In this document: positions 1-18,174 of the stretch, one piece after another
Layout: each line of letters starts with the position of its first letter
Numbering within the stretch: the first letter of the stretch is position 1
From: the human T2T-CHM13v2.0 reference genome, Homo sapiens
NCBI RefSeq assembly: GCF_009914755.1
Contig: NC_060933.1
Reading direction: 5' to 3' (one strand)
Length of the DNA: 64,000 bases
The notes under the pieces: model-generated
The model's database searches: none
What the model was told of the DNA's origin: nothing
What the model saw: only the letters and a program-made list of their open reading frames with translations
Position numbers and translations under genes: made by a program

Positions 1-118
1 AAATAAAATGTTCCAAGACATCCTGCACAATCCTTTGCATTAATAGCAAGAGCTAATGGATCTTAAAACAAGAAGAATCTTATCAGACCTGTGTCTAAAA
101 ACCTCTCCTGCAGAAACG

Positions 119-1065
119 AAGAAAATTTTTGCAATCTACCCATCTGACAAAAATCTAATATCCAGAATCTACAAGGAGCTTAAACAAATTTACAAGAAAA
201 AACAAACAATCTCATCAAAAAGCAGGCGCAGGATATGAACAGATACTTCTCAAAAGAAGACATTTATATGGCCTACAAACATATGAAGAACGCTTATCAT
301 CACTGATCATTAGAGAAATGCAAATCGAAACTACAATGAAATTCCATCTCACGCCAGTTAGAATGGAGATTATTAAAAAGTCAGGGTACAACAGATGCTG
401 GCAAAGCTGTGGAGAAATAGGAGCGCTTTTACACTGTAGGTGGGAGTGGAAATTAGCTCAACCATTGTGGAAGACAGTGTGGCGCTTCCTCAAAGATCTA
501 GAACCAGAAATACTATTTGACCCAGCGATCCCATTACTGGGTATATACCCAAAAGATTATAAATCATTCTACTATAAAGACACAGGCACACATATGTTTA
601 CTGCAGCACTATTTACAATAGCAAAGACTTAGAACCAACCCAAATGCCCACCAATGATAGATTGGATAAAGAAAATATGGCACATATACACCATGGAATA
701 CTATGTAGCCATAAAAAGAGATGAGTTCATGTCCTTTGCAAGGACATGGATGAAGCTGGAAGCCATCATTCTCAGCAAACTAACACAGGAACAGAAAAAC
801 CAAACACCGCATGTTCTCACTCATAAGTGGGAGTTGAACAGTGAGAACACATGGACACAGAGAGGGGAACATCATGTACCAGGGCCTGTCAGGGGATGGG
901 GGCAAGGGGAGGGAAAGCATTAGGACAAATACCTAATGCATGACAGGTTGATAGGTGCAGCAAACCACCATGGCACATGTATACCTATGTAACAAACCTG
1001 CATGTTCTGCACATGTATCCTAGAACTTAAGTAAAGTTATTTTACTTAAAGTTAAAAAAAAAAAA
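119..1065 (+). mobile_element. L1 3' fragment (L1PA7/8-like): end of ORF2, 3'UTR and poly(A)
   Basis: ORF2 C-terminal peptides in ORFs 318..632 and 654..923; G-rich 3'UTR; A tail ending 1065. Confidence 0.92.
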
Positions 1066-2729
1066 CTCTGCTGATCACATCTTTTTGTGGCAGATTTTAT
1101 ATATCATATATATAATTAATAAATCATCCTATGCCCTCATGGAGACTTTCTTGACTTCTACATTTCTCAAAAAAGATATTTTTTTCTAGACATATAAATT
1201 GTTGATGATAGTGTTGGTGATGATGATGATGACAGCTATCACTTATTGAATGCTTACTATATGTGCTAAAGTACCTAGGAAGTAGGTAATATTATTGTCT
1301 CCTTTTAACATACGGGTAAAAAACTAAGGCTAAAGGAAGTCCATTAACTTCTTCAAATCATATCACCAGAAATGACTGGGGCTTTTGGAGGCTGTCAGAC
1401 TACAGAGCCCTCAATTTTAAGCAGTCCATTGCCTTTCTGAAAACAGTATATTATATCTTTTATTTTAATATTGAGAAAGTTGATTGATGATCTTTAAAAC
1501 TTTTCCTTAATAGCTAATTAAATGATATACTAAACTGTCAAAGATGGAGAAAGAACAAGAGAAAAGACATCAGAGAGGGCATGAACTGAGGGGAGATGGA
1601 GGACTTGGAAAGTTCTAAGCTGATTTCAGTCTAGTTGTTGTCTCCTACCATTCACAAATGTTCTCTGTGACTTTCCATCTGAACTGACAGTTTTCCTTTC
1701 TTTCCTTAAATGAGTGTCGTGAACACTTGGGAGCTAAGTTGGATCACTTTGTCGAATCTATATTAAAGTCCTACATATGAAGCTCTAATAGTTTTGTATG
1801 CCAGAGGCCTTACATTTATCCCATGTCAGTTTTGTTCAATGAAATTCTAAGAAATATGATGGAACTGTGCATCTGACCACATAGCATCTGTCAGTGTGAA
1901 ACTGCTGTACTAACATGTCAAGCTGATTTTCGTAAAACATGCCAATCAACCAAACCTGGGGGTTATCTATATTACCTAACATCAACGCTTAAAACATTAA
2001 AAAATTATAAAGAAATAAATAATAATTCTTACTCAACTTTGGAATATCAAAAGATAAATAGCCAATTGTAGATTACTCAGGCTTGATGCTTCTCCACCTC
2101 TAGACTGCAAGGCCTGCTTTTCTATTTATCAGATGATAGTCCATACTATGTAGAAATGGAACCCTTCAATAAGTTAATTCAGTGACTTGTTAACAGCTTT
2201 GACAAAAAGGTTGGTGACAAAAGTAAAATGTTTATATAAAATGACATATTGAATTTACCAGTGGGATTCAATTATTCATGATATCTATTAACATGAATGC
2301 TGAGAAGTTGCTATAAATTTCCTAAAGCTTGGACTGCCCCATAGCTTAACCCATATTTAGCAGAAGAGATGAGAAAGAATTCACTGGCTCCTCACTGGTC
2401 TGATTTGTCTGGCGGCCATGCACCAGTCTGTGCTGTTGCAGATGTGAGAACTGTAGGCTGATGAAGACAACCCTGTTACATTCCTTGTCTTTGCCACATG
2501 TTAGAAAAGACTTTATTTGGGCAAGGCCTGGATTTCCAAAATAGCTTTCTGTAGTGGTCATCTGTTGCTTTTGCCTTTTTGATATTTATTTTCTTCTTTT
2601 CCAGGTACAATACTTCAAATTTGCTTTGGGAAGTTAGCCCCACTCTGAATTTCAGAACATGTGGCTTGAGATGGATCTTGTGATCCATGCTTAGGCTACC
2701 TAAGCCCTGAATTTCCTTAGCCATATTGC

Positions 2730-3146
2730 TTTTTCAGAGTGGGCACATGAGCCAGTCCTGCCCTACCATCAAAATTCCATCTCTTTGGGCACACTGATTG
2801 GTTTAGAAATAGGCAGAAGCCCAAGTTAATTCAAACATAGTTAATTCTGAATCCTGGGAAGGCGTGCTAATAAAATTGTCTTTTTTGCTGGGATGACTAG
2901 TGCTAACAATGAAATAATCTTAGAGATTTAGAGCACCCACACAGAGGTCAAGAATGAAGCCCACGAATGCAAGACAGAGAAAGTGAATGATTCCTGATAA
3001 CATTGTTTGAGCCCCTGGATCAAACCTTGCCTGAAGATAATGAGTACTGAATTTTCAGTCATATCAGCCAATTCCTCCTTCCATTTGCTTAGATGAGTTT
3101 GAATTGCGTTTTCTGTCACATGCAGTAAGAGAGTTCTAAATAATAT
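2730..3146 (+). mobile_element. Old MaLR LTR (MLT1-type)
   Basis: gagcccctggatcaa..cctgaag and terminal ttctgtcacatgca..agagagttctaaataat resemble MLT1J/K 3' ends; boundaries approximate. Confidence 0.55.
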
Positions 3147-3859
3147 ATTTCTGAACTACAGTTAGTCTCACTTTCCAATTCTCCTAGAAAAATCTCCCTA
3201 TTGGTCTCCCTTTTGATCTAGCACTCTCCTGTTAAAGAACATTTAACAATAAATCTTTAGTGCTTAGCTTGACAGGCACAATCTGGCCTGTCCCTTAACT
3301 TGGCTGACTCAGGCATGTGGCTTAGCAGCATGAGGCCAGTTGGAAGGAAGAAAAAATAGGACTTGGATGGGAAGTGGTCAGGGTGCTGTGGCCTCCTTGG
3401 AAGAGGGCATTCGTGGTGTCTGGGAATAGTGCCCCGTGGTCATTTCTAAAATCAGGAGTGAAATAAATATGGAAGATTGGAGACATAGAGCAAATATTTC
3501 AGAGACATAATTCTGGTAAATCTGGGTCATCAAAAGGAGTCGGGATTCTGCAGCTTAAGGGAGAGGTAAGCTTCCCTTGGTCCTTTGGTGCTTGAACCTG
3601 GGTGGAGGCAGGCAGGCAGCCAGCCATTGGTTGGGCCACCAGAGCTCACTCTGGAGAGCAACCCATACAAAGCCCCACCTGCAGGGGGAATTCAGGCCAC
3701 TGCCAAATGCAGTAACCCTGTTGATATTTACTCAAGAAGTCAGATGGTCATAAGCCTGCTCCTATGAGCCTTTGATAGCTTCAGTTGGAGAATACAGAGG
3801 CAGGAAACCAAGGTAGCTGCCAACAGGTGCAACCCACTTTCCAGCTCCATGCATTGGTT

Positions 3860-4050
3860 TGGAGATCAGCCTAGACTTGGGCTTAAGTCCCAGATCCACC
3901 ACCAGCTAGTTATACAACCTTAAGCAAGTTTTTAAATTACCTATGCCTCAGTGTTTTCATCCACAAAATAGTTATTTTTTTCAGAAAGTAATGATGATGA
4001 TTAATTGAGAAATGTGTGTAAAATGCTTAGCACAGAGTAGATACTCAGTA
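3860..4050 (+). mobile_element. MIR SINE remnant
   Basis: Core-like accttaagcaagt..tgcctcagtgttttcatccacaaaata..aaaatgcttagcacag. Confidence 0.6.
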
Positions 4051-4289
4051 AATGCTATTTCTCAGGACACCCCTACACTGTAGCTTACCTGAATATCCCA
4101 TCTTCTATACATAGCTGCTTCTCCCATGGTTACACATTTGTTTTCTCCCCTTATGTTTCCCTACTGAAATTCTACCCACCCATTAAGATTTAATTCAAAA
4201 GTCACCACTTTCCTGAAGCTTTCCTCCCAACTAGATGGAATCTTTTTTCCGCTGTAGTTCTTCGTAAAGGACAGAAACCGCATACACAG

Positions 4290-4468
4290 CAGTAGTTCTT
4301 AATCTTGGCTGCATATTTGAACCATTTGAAAATCTATTAAAAATATTGATGCCTAGGCCCCAATCCCAGAAGTTTTGATTTAATTGGTCTGGGGTGAGGC
4401 TCCAGCATCAATTTGTTTAAAAAGCTCCCCAGGTGATTTCACTGTGCAGCCAAGATTTAGAACTACTG
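4290..4468. mobile_element. MER5-family hAT MITE
   Basis: 24-bp terminal inverted repeats with 1 mismatch (cagtagttcttaatcttggctgca / tgcagccaagatttagaactactg); internal ggtctggggtgagg..aaagctccccaggtgat. Confidence 0.8.
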
Positions 4469-4970
4469 ATGGTTGCATAAGTATGTTCTTAAATAACGTT
4501 TATCAGTGAATTCAAGCTAAGGTATTAATGGCTTAAAGTTTTAATAGACTAATCTTTAGAATACTTGTGTTTTTATTAAAAGCCATGCAATACTATGCTC
4601 CAAGAATACAAAAGTAAACAATATTTTTTTAATGTATAGCCCAAAGGAAAGAATCACAATTTAACTAGGGAGATGCAAATAGAGCTGTGAGCATATAATA
4701 TGATATATGAGTTGTACCCTAGGAATGTGTCAAAAATAGTTTAGGAGCACAAAGAGGAAAAGCCTGCTAATTTAGAGGTGGCAGAAAAGGAAGAGAAAAA
4801 ACTTCAAAATGTGGATGAGCTGAGTGTTGAAAGGTGACAACAGGTTTGCAAGGTCTGAGTCAGAAGGCTTTTCAGACCATATATGCAGGTGTCAAAATGT
4901 GTGGCTCCTCACCAAAAACCCATCTGTACGTCACCATCATCAAAGACCAAAGGTAGATAAAACCACAAAG

Positions 4971-5989
4971 ATGGGGAAAAAACAGAGCAGAAAAACTAGA
5001 AACTCTAGAAATCAGAGCACCCCTCCTCCAACAAAGGAACGCAGCTCCTCACCAACAACGGAACAAAGCTGGACGGAGAATGACTTTGACGAGTTGAGAG
5101 AGGAAGGCTTCAGAAGATCAAACTACTCCGAGCTAAAGGAGGAAGTTCGAACCAATGGCAAAGAAGTTAAAAACTTTGAAAAAAAAAATTAGATGAATGG
5201 ATAACTAGAATAACCAATGCAGAGAAGTCCTTAAAGGACCTGATGGAGCTGAAAACCACGGTACGAGAACTATATGATGAATGCACAAGCCTCAGTAACC
5301 GATGCGATCAACTGGAAGAAAGGCTATCAGCGATGGAAGATGAAAGGAACGAAATGAAGCATGAAGAGAAGTTTAGAGAAAAAAGAATAAAAAGAAATGA
5401 ACAAAGCCTCCAAGAAATATGGGACTATGTGAAAAGACCAAATCTATCTCTAATTGGTGTACCTGAAAGTGACAGGAAGAATGGAACCAAGTTGGAAACC
5501 ACTCTACAGGATATTATCCAGGAGAACTTCCCCAATCTAGCAAGGCAGGCAAACATTCAAATTCAGGAAATACAGAGAATGCCACAAAGATACTCCTCGA
5601 GAAGAGCAACTCTGAGACACATAATTGTCAGATTCATCAAAGTTGAAATGAAGGAAAAAATGTTAAGGGCAGCCAGAGAGAAAGGCCGGGTTACCCACAA
5701 AGGGAAGTCCATCAGACTAACAGCTGATCTCTCAGCAGAAACTCTACAAGCCAGAAGAGAGTGGGGGCCAATATTCAACATTCTTAAAGAAAAGAACTTT
5801 CAACCCAGAATTTCATATCCAGCCAAACTAAGCTTCATAAGTGAAGGAGAAATAAAATACTTTACAGACAAGCAAATGCTGAGAGATTTTGTCACCACCA
5901 GGCCTGCCCTAAAAGAGCTCCTGAAGGAAGCACTAAACATAGAAAGGAACAACCGGTACCAGCCACTGCAAAAACATGCCAAATTGTAA
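4971..5989 (+). pseudogene. L1 ORF1p, frameshifted
   Basis: Starts MGKKQSRK at 4971; frameshift in the A10 run at 5179-5188; the remainder continues as ORF 5243..5989. Confidence 0.93.
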
Positions 5990-6052
5990 AGACCATCAAG
6001 GCTAGTAAGAAACTGCATCAACTAATGAGCAAAATAACCAGCTAACATCATC

Positions 6053-9890
<3,838 letters not shown>

Positions 9891-10122
9891 ACAATGAGAA
9901 CACATGGACACAGGAAGGGGAACATCACACATCGGGGACTGTTGTGGGGTGGGGGGAGGGGAGAGGGATAGCATTAGGAGATATACCGAATACTAAATGA
10001 CGAGTTAATGGGTGCAGCACACCAACATGGCATATGTATATATATGTAACAAACCTGCACGTTATGCACATGTACCCTAAAACTTAAAGTATAATAATAA
10101 TTAAAAAAAATGTGTGGCTCCT

Positions 10123-10395
10123 TCCTATTCATATACCTTCCTAATCCAAATGATCAATTGCTAATAGAGAGAATTGCAAACACATTGAGAGGAAGTTTTG
10201 AAGCAGGAGGTCTATTTCCCAAATTACACCTATATCAGAATTTTCAGACCATATATAGAGGTGTCAAAATGTGTGGCTCCTTTTTATTCATATACCTTCC
10301 TAACCCAAATGATCAACTGCTAATAGAATTGCAAACACATTGAGAGGAAGTTTTGAAGCAGGAGGTCTATTTCCCAAATCATACCTATTATCAGA
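10123..10395 (+). repeat. ~157-bp tandem duplication (copy 1 = 4869-4909 + 10123-10240; copy 2 = 10241-10395)
   Basis: Two direct copies beginning TTTTCAGACCATATAT, visible by eye; copy 1 is split by the L1. Confidence 0.92.
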
Positions 10396-10999
10396 CTACT
10401 TTGGTTACAATGAACCAGCTCCCAGCTTCAGTTATTTTTAAGAGAGAAAGTTGACCTCCAAAACCAGCTCATAGAAAGGATGGGTATGACAGGGTTCAGG
10501 GATAACTGTACCAGGAACAGAATGCCCCCAAGGTTCTATTCTCCTCCTGTCCAGGGACTGCTTCTCTTTGGATGTCAATTTCATTGCCACAGGCTTGTTT
10601 TGCTTGTGCTTCTGTGGCTGATGTCAGTCCTTGGATTCATATATTCTCACCTGTCCCACCTATAGAAGCATTTTGAATGGCCTAAATTAGGCCTTGTCAA
10701 CTCCTAGACCAAGCATTAAAGCAAGATATGGGGTACTCTGATTAACCTAGTTTGATTCAAGCACCTATCTCTGGCAATCAGTATGGCCAAGGAAGCAAAG
10801 TCTATGGGAAGTTGTCAGCTTCCATTCAAGTAAGTCTTGTAGTTAAAATAAGCCTTTCTTAGAGTAGACAAGGTGAGTGTGGCTTGGAAAAGAGTGTTGG
10901 GCTGATCTTAGAGATAAATCTCCACCACTGTCCATTTCATGGCCACCTAGCTCTCTCAGTATTCTCTTCTTACCATTTAAATAATTTCCCACATGCCTC

Positions 11000-11459
11000 T
11001 GTGGGTGATTGCAGCAACTTCCATTAAGAGGTGGAGTCTATTACCCTCTTCCTTGAATCTGCACTGGCCTTGTGACTTGCTATGGCCAATAAAAGTGACA
11101 GAAGTGACAGGGGGCTAGTTCTGAGCCTAGACTTCTAAGGGCCCTATGTACTTCTACTCTTTTAAAACCCTGCCACCAACATTAGAACAGTCCCAGGCTA
11201 ATCTGATGAAGGGAAGACCCTGTATGCAGAGCCAGATTGTTTTAGGTGAGTCCATTCTAGACCAGCCAACCATCAGCCAAACCACCAGCTAAGTTACAGA
11301 TGTATGAGTAAGCCAAGATCAGCCAAGCCTAGCCAAGACTAGAAGAACTACCCAACCAAGCCACAAACTCATGAGCTAAATAAATGGTTGTTGTTTTAGG
11401 CTACCAAATTTTGTGGCTGCATGTTAGCAGAATTTTTGTGGAAATAGATAACCAATACA
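11000..11459 (+). mobile_element. MaLR LTR (MLT1E/F/G-like)
   Basis: aagaggtggagtcta..ccttgaatctg..ggccttgtgacttgc; 3' end aaataaatggttgttgtttta..atagataaccaataca. Confidence 0.75.
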
Positions 11460-13629
11460 GCTAACAGTTTACAAAATGCAATAATCCTACATATAACCAC
11501 AGATACAAGCAGCCCACCTAAATGCCAATTGCTTAATGTCCAGTATCATGGGATTATGTCTCTTCCGGTCCATTAGGTACAAATGTGACTATTCTGACAC
11601 TAGTACTTAATGATGGCAGAAAATTAGGATAATACCAATCAAAACTTCCCACTTAGACATGGGGAAAACAAGAGCTACATGAGGGGGCAATGCTACCTGG
11701 CACTGATCCATGCTATTGATCCTTGCCCCCAAGGGCTCCAATTTCTTTTGGGAGTCACCACTAGGCACTGCATGCATGGCCTTAGTAAGAAGATAATTCC
11801 AGCTTCACAGAAAAAAACACAAAAATTATCCTGCTGGACAGGGATAATAAGATAAATGATAGTCTTAGTGGGTCTCACTGGCATCTGTGTGTTGAATTGT
11901 TGCCCTGGCAATATATTGAGTTCTTCAAATGGCCAAGCTGGTAGCTCAGGTTCTGCCAGCTGGGTGATTTTCCTCCTCAATTTTTTTTCTGCAACAACCC
12001 TAAGGGAAGGGAAAGAGCCTTGGAAAGTTTGAAAAATTCATCCATCCAGTTCACCTACAGTTGGCGCAGGAAATCCCAGAGGCCTAAGGATTTCCTTGGG
12101 GCTTAAGCAATCATTGACTCCAGTATTCAGGTTTGGGATTTCTTCTGCAACATCACAGCCACCTAGTCACCAGCACCAGGAATGTGGTCCGGCCTGATAT
12201 TTGAACTAAACGTCATCCTCACTTTTTTCTCCTAGCTTGTATCTGCTTAGGAGTTTAAAGAATCATATCTCTGCCTCCGTCTTGTGGTTGGGAGAATGGA
12301 TAGAGAGGGAAGGCAAAATGAACTTTCTTTAAACTCCAGGATAATGCTTGGGAGGGCTTGGAGATCAGACTTCCTAATTTGTCTGGATTTTCCCAGTATT
12401 CCACTTCAGCTTGAGCTGAGAAATGGACTTTTACAATTTGCCAGTGCATGAATACCAGACATTCAGCAATATAATACTGCTCCTGAAGGACAGAAATGGA
12501 TTTGCTTAACAAAGCTATTTCTCTCCCCTGCCAGTCTGCATTCAGCAAGGGCAAAGTGTGGCTTCCTCTTGCAGCACCATACTGAATGCCCTAAGAGGAA
12601 GTCCCCACACTTCACTATCATGATATTTTTCCTACCACATTCTCTAAAACTTCAGCCTTCATGGACATGTGGTTTGAACTCCAAGAAACCATAGACGACA
12701 GTTTAACCAATAGTGTCAAATCTGCCAGGATTTGAGCCATAAGCTTGGTAGACTGTTTCCAGAAGAAGGGTGCTCTACCCAGAACATCAACTTTCTGGAC
12801 AAACAAAACAAATCCTTAACCACTACCACTTTATATTAAACACTGCTCTGGAATTGCCAACTCTGATTGATTGGTAGGGGCTTCGTACAGTGCTGTACTG
12901 AGAGGGATTCTGAGGCAGTCTGGATTCTGCGGGAAAGAATGCAGTGATTAATTAGTTATGTCTGCCAAGGTCAAGAGATAGGAGAGTAATGAGATATACG
13001 TCATGTTTTCCACCCTTATTTTATAACAATTAGGCTTAAGATCAGGTCTGTTACATGGATTTTTCTTTTAAAAATATGAATTTCATAATTTGATAAGTAT
13101 TTGAGATAAAATTTGGGAAGAGTCTAATATGAAAACTAATTACCTTCACTTCGCAGTAGAATACCTTCACTTTTCAGAAGACTAGTTCACTTGTTTATAT
13201 AAATAAACATTGTCCACAGAAGATTTTGTTTGTACTCCAAAAGTTACAAGGCATCCCCAGTTGAAACTGTTGCATACTTAAGTTACACATCTTTTTCCTC
13301 TTAAATAAAATGTCAGACAATAACTGAACACTTTATATCCTATAAAAATGATTCTGAGTTTTTGAGGCTCAGATATAATACTTGCTTTGCCTGCATCTCA
13401 GTCCTATGAAGATCAGATGCACTTTGAAAATGTTAAAATACTGTACAAAAGTTATTTTTATTGCTTTCCACCTTGAAAACTCTAATACTCTATGTAAATA
13501 ATTTTTGCCATCATGGACTTTTTTAAAAAATTACTTGGCTCCTTATCATTGATCCTTCTTCCTTTAGGGGAATGATCTCTCAATGTCCCTTGAGGTTGCT
13601 CCAATCTCCTTTGGGGTTGCCTACAACTG

Positions 13630-14097
13630 TGAGTGTGCCTAGTGGTAGACACACCTGACAGTGACAACTTGACTTGAGCATCTCCTGAGAAGGACCTTGT
13701 ATGGGGGAAGCACCTGAAATGTATGTTCAGAGTCCCAAGCTAAGGAATCTGGGAGTAGTCAACCTAGAGATCCATTCTTTATCTGTGAGGAACATCTGAG
13801 CCCTGTCCTATAGAATGCAGGCCATACAGGGGATTGAGGCCTTTTGTTTCAGTTTAAATAAAGGTTGCCAAGTGGAGGTTGTTAGAGGAGAGGATGTTAA
13901 GTGAAAATGCTATATAAACTGCACACCTTTGGCAAGTGGTTGTGGTTCTCCTGTCCAGCCCATCACCACTGGACTCTCTCCCACGCATGTAAGCCCCCAG
14001 TAAAACCCCCATGTCTTGTTTGCTGGCTCTGGGTCTCTTCTCTGACCTCTTGAACCTGGGAATATCCCTTTGGAGTCTACAAGCATTTGGCACAACA
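13630..14097 (+). mobile_element. ERV-type solo LTR (family uncertain, MER54-like)
   Basis: TATA-like tatataaa at ~13911, AGTAAA poly(A)-like signal at ~13999, ends ..ggcacaaca; 5' boundary approximate. Confidence 0.6.
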
Positions 14098-15075
14098 CTG
14101 TGGCCTTGGCATAATGGTGGTCTCATCATCCCCACCCACAAAAAAATAGGGCAACAGTGGAGGCATCGTTTTCCTTTTCTGAAAAGGAAAGCTTCCACTC
14201 ATTTTCTGAAATCGCTGGTGTCTAGACATGTGAGAAAGCTCAGCAGAATTTGATGCTGTCTCCAACGATACTAGCTCTTGAATACGGGCAAAAGTCAGCA
14301 GCGGCAGCAGCACGTGTGGTCACAGCCTTGCTTGAAGGCTGCATTGGCGGTGGTGTTCTGATTCTGACCTGACCATTCCTGAGAGTGAGCATGCTATGCC
14401 TCCTGGTGCCTGGCTTTCTTGTCTTCCCTCTGTTTCTCAAATCACGTTTTTCAGTCTCACAGTGAAACTCTTCATATCCAGTATCTTCTATGAATACCCC
14501 CCTTCCTTCTTGTATTTATATTTTAATGTATTTATTGCTTAAACCAGCAGTGATTTCTGTTACAATCAGAAGCCTTCAGGAATGCAATCATAGATAGGAG
14601 TAATAACATGAACTCTGTGTCTGTATTTTGTACATTGGGCCTGAAATGTGGTGGGTGCTCAATAAGTAATTGCTGAATAAATGCAAGTGTGGACTATAAC
14701 TAGCCTCTGGTCTCTGTGCTCTAATTAGCCACATGAGGACCCCAATGCAGGTCCAGACAATGTGTCTGAGTTTAAGGCAGGTAAGGCCATGCCAGCTAAG
14801 TCTGTCCTCTGATGAGAGAGGTAAATTATCTCCCAGAAACCATCACCCAGAAAACTTTCACTTATTCCTCTTTGATGACCTCTAGCTCCTGTGAAGTTTG
14901 GGAAATCACTTATCTTGCCTGGGGCTGGTTCCTTTCTTGCCACAAATAGATATGAGATTCCATAAGTAAGGAAGATATGGATAAATAGATATTGGGTAGA
15001 CAACTAATGATGTCTGAGAGAAAAAAGAATTAATAAAAAATAGACAATAAGTCTGGCCCTCTGAGCATCAGAGAC

Positions 15076-15505
15076 TACTATGACTTGGATATGGTTTGTC
15101 TCCACCAAAACTCATGTTTAAATTTGATCCCCAAAGCAGTGGTTTTGGGAGGTGGCACCTGTTAAGAGGTGTATGGGTTGGGGTGGATCCGTCATGACAG
15201 GCTTGGTGCTATTCTTGCTGTAGCACGTACGTGAGTTCTCACTCTCAGGAGACTGGATTAGTTCTTATGAGAGTGGATTGTTGTAAAACCAGGATGCCCC
15301 TCAGATATCCCCCTCTTCCCATGTGTCTACCTCCCCTTTGACCTTCTCTGCCACGTTGTGACATAGCATGAAAGACCTTGTCAGAAGCCAGGGCCATGCC
15401 CTTGAACTATTCAGCCAGCAAAACCATGAATGATATAACTCCTTTTCTTTATAGAGAACCCTATCTTGGGTATTCTTTTATAGCAACACAAAATGGACTA
15501 AGACA
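15076..15505 (+). mobile_element. MSTB-type MaLR solo LTR
   Basis: 5' ..tggatatggtttgtc..caccaaaactcatgtt, 3' atagcaacacaaaatggactaagaca; 5-bp TSD GAGAC at 15071-15075 and 15506-15510. Confidence 0.88.
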
Positions 15506-17881
15506 GAGACCATGGGACTCTGGACCACTAAGGAAACAGGAGAACTTCCTAATGAGCGTAAGTCCAGGCCCCCACACTCCAATCTCTCTGCCCCAGGCCC
15601 AACATAGATGTCCCTACAGAAGACCTGTTAAGTCTGAGGATGGGGGTTTATTTTCACACAAAAACATGTAAGCTTTGATTGGAGAGGAGGACTTATTTAT
15701 TCAGAGGAATCAGAATTACTCCAGCTGACTAAGGTCTTATAAGCCTGGAGGTTTCTACCCGAAGGCAGGGGTGGTCCTAAACTGCCTGGAATGAAAGGCT
15801 CAAGTCTGTGATGTATTTTCAAGGATGCAGCTCTTGTGGCCAAAGGTTCTGTGTGCTGCCAACAATCCAGCTGAAGCCTTCTCTGACTGCCTTACAAGGG
15901 CTGCTGCATAGTAACCTGGCCCCGGCCTGCCCCTTCAGGATACAACATCCCACGAGACCCCACTAACCCAGCAATGACCCTTGCCACTCTAACCTTTCTC
16001 CAAGCTCTCTGCTTCTGACCACAAGAACTAAACACTCCCATACTGTGCTCCACGAAGGCTCCAAACACTGGGACCGAGTCATAGCTAATTGGTTTTTTAC
16101 AAGCCTAAAATAATCCAGACAGTTAAATATTGATGTTCATTTCTGGGTAGCTATAAACACAAAAGGGGTGAAAGAGCATGTTTTATGGCTTCCTCTCATT
16201 CATTCTTTACATGATAATGGTCTTTAGTCAATAAGCCCAGCTTTATAAAGAGGGGATTCATTTGAATTAAAAGGGATGTTCCAATGTGCTTTATGTCATT
16301 GTGACACAATGGTCCATCCACTTGGTGACATCTACCCTGTTCACCTAGCACACTCCTACTACACAAGTAATCATCCTAATAATGACAGTATCCTTTGGTT
16401 CCAATAAAACACCGTTACTATTACAATACAGATCATAGAATCACAATTTGCTATTTATGCATAATTGGTCTATCTCTCAAAGACATAGATAGTTGGTCTA
16501 CTTCTCATAGACATTTGTGTTAAAGGTAACTTATATTTATGTATGTTCTCATGTTATCACTTTAGATTCTAGACTTCTCGAGGGCAGTGTCTTCATTACA
16601 CATTCACTTATATTACTAATCAGATATTGATAGAAACTAGTTTCTTTCATTTTTCTATTAGTTGATAAACACCTAACTGGGCAGCAAGAAAAAAGAAACA
16701 GCTAAACTTATTTTAACACCCCAGGAAATTTCATCTTCTTCATTAATTTTGGCAGTTTTTCTACCTAACACTCAGCTTATTTTGGAAGAAATGCTCAGTC
16801 TTTCAGATTTGTGAGTTTGCTCCATGTTCTTCCCCAAGACATCTCCTGTGTCCATTTGAAGAGGCGGGGCTTGGGTGGCTCTGTGTAGTAGTTGGGAGAC
16901 AGGGTCCTCAGAACAGCAGAGTCCACCCTGGATTCTCATGAGGTCTACTGCAGAAGACCCATGAGCTGGGAAACTAATGACCACAGAAGGTTGCTTTCTT
17001 TCCAGAAGGTTCTGCTGGGACCTGGTCCTAGAGCCTGGGACTAGTGTAGGTCATGGCCAGTTTTCTTTTTCAGCTTGATCTAGAGCTGGTCACCTCCCTG
17101 GTGACTTAGTCCCATGTTCACCCTTGCTGGTGCAGGACTCCCAGGAGATCCAGGCCCAGCCACTCTGCCAGGCAGTCCTCAATTGCTGCCCCTAACACAG
17201 TGACTGCCCTCCTCCTAGAAGGTTCTTACCTAACTCTCCTTGAGCTTTCCAGACCCTCCTTGGATATTCTAGAGTTCATTCATGCTATGGAGAAGCAGAA
17301 AATGATGGAGGAGGTCCACTTTCTACCTCACCCTGGGCGACATGTGGGTTTACTTTCATATGGCCTTCCTGGTTGCTGAGAGCAGTCTGTGAGGACAGAG
17401 TCCTAGATGGAAAGGAGCACAGACGCCACTCTCTTCCCCTTTCTCCTCAACCTAACACATTTCGTTGACTCTAAGATGCCATTGGTGTTGAGATATACCA
17501 TTGTTCTATGTACTACTCCTACTACTAATAATATAACATAATAATAACCTAATAATAATGCCCAGAAAGCTGTGACACATCCTGATGCATCCTGATTTCA
17601 GATATGGAAAAGCGTGAAAAGATATTTATTAAATCAGTTAAATGATTTATGTTTCTGATATACATGTCTACCCAAGGAACATTGGCCCCAAGAGAAAAGA
17701 TGGTAGCCTAACCACTACTATCCTTCCTCTCCTCCCACAACCCTCAGACCAAGAGGAATAAGTCTGGGGTTTTTCATTTCCTATCATTATATCCTTCTGC
17801 TATCCCAGGGTAGCAAGCTTCACTGCCTAGCTTCTCCTCTCCATGGAAGAAATCATTATCTAGTCACCCATGCCTAGCTCT

Positions 17882-18174
<293 letters not shown>

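Noticed and set aside
10110-10395. Repeat resembling an L1 3' transduction or a CRISPR-like array
   Set aside because: The TSD closes right after the L1 tail and the unit's 5' part lies upstream of the L1, so it is a local two-copy duplication without spacers.
16462-16515. ~28-bp degenerate tandem repeat (ttggtcta..tctca.agacat)
   Set aside because: Ordinary small slippage duplication with no functional cue.
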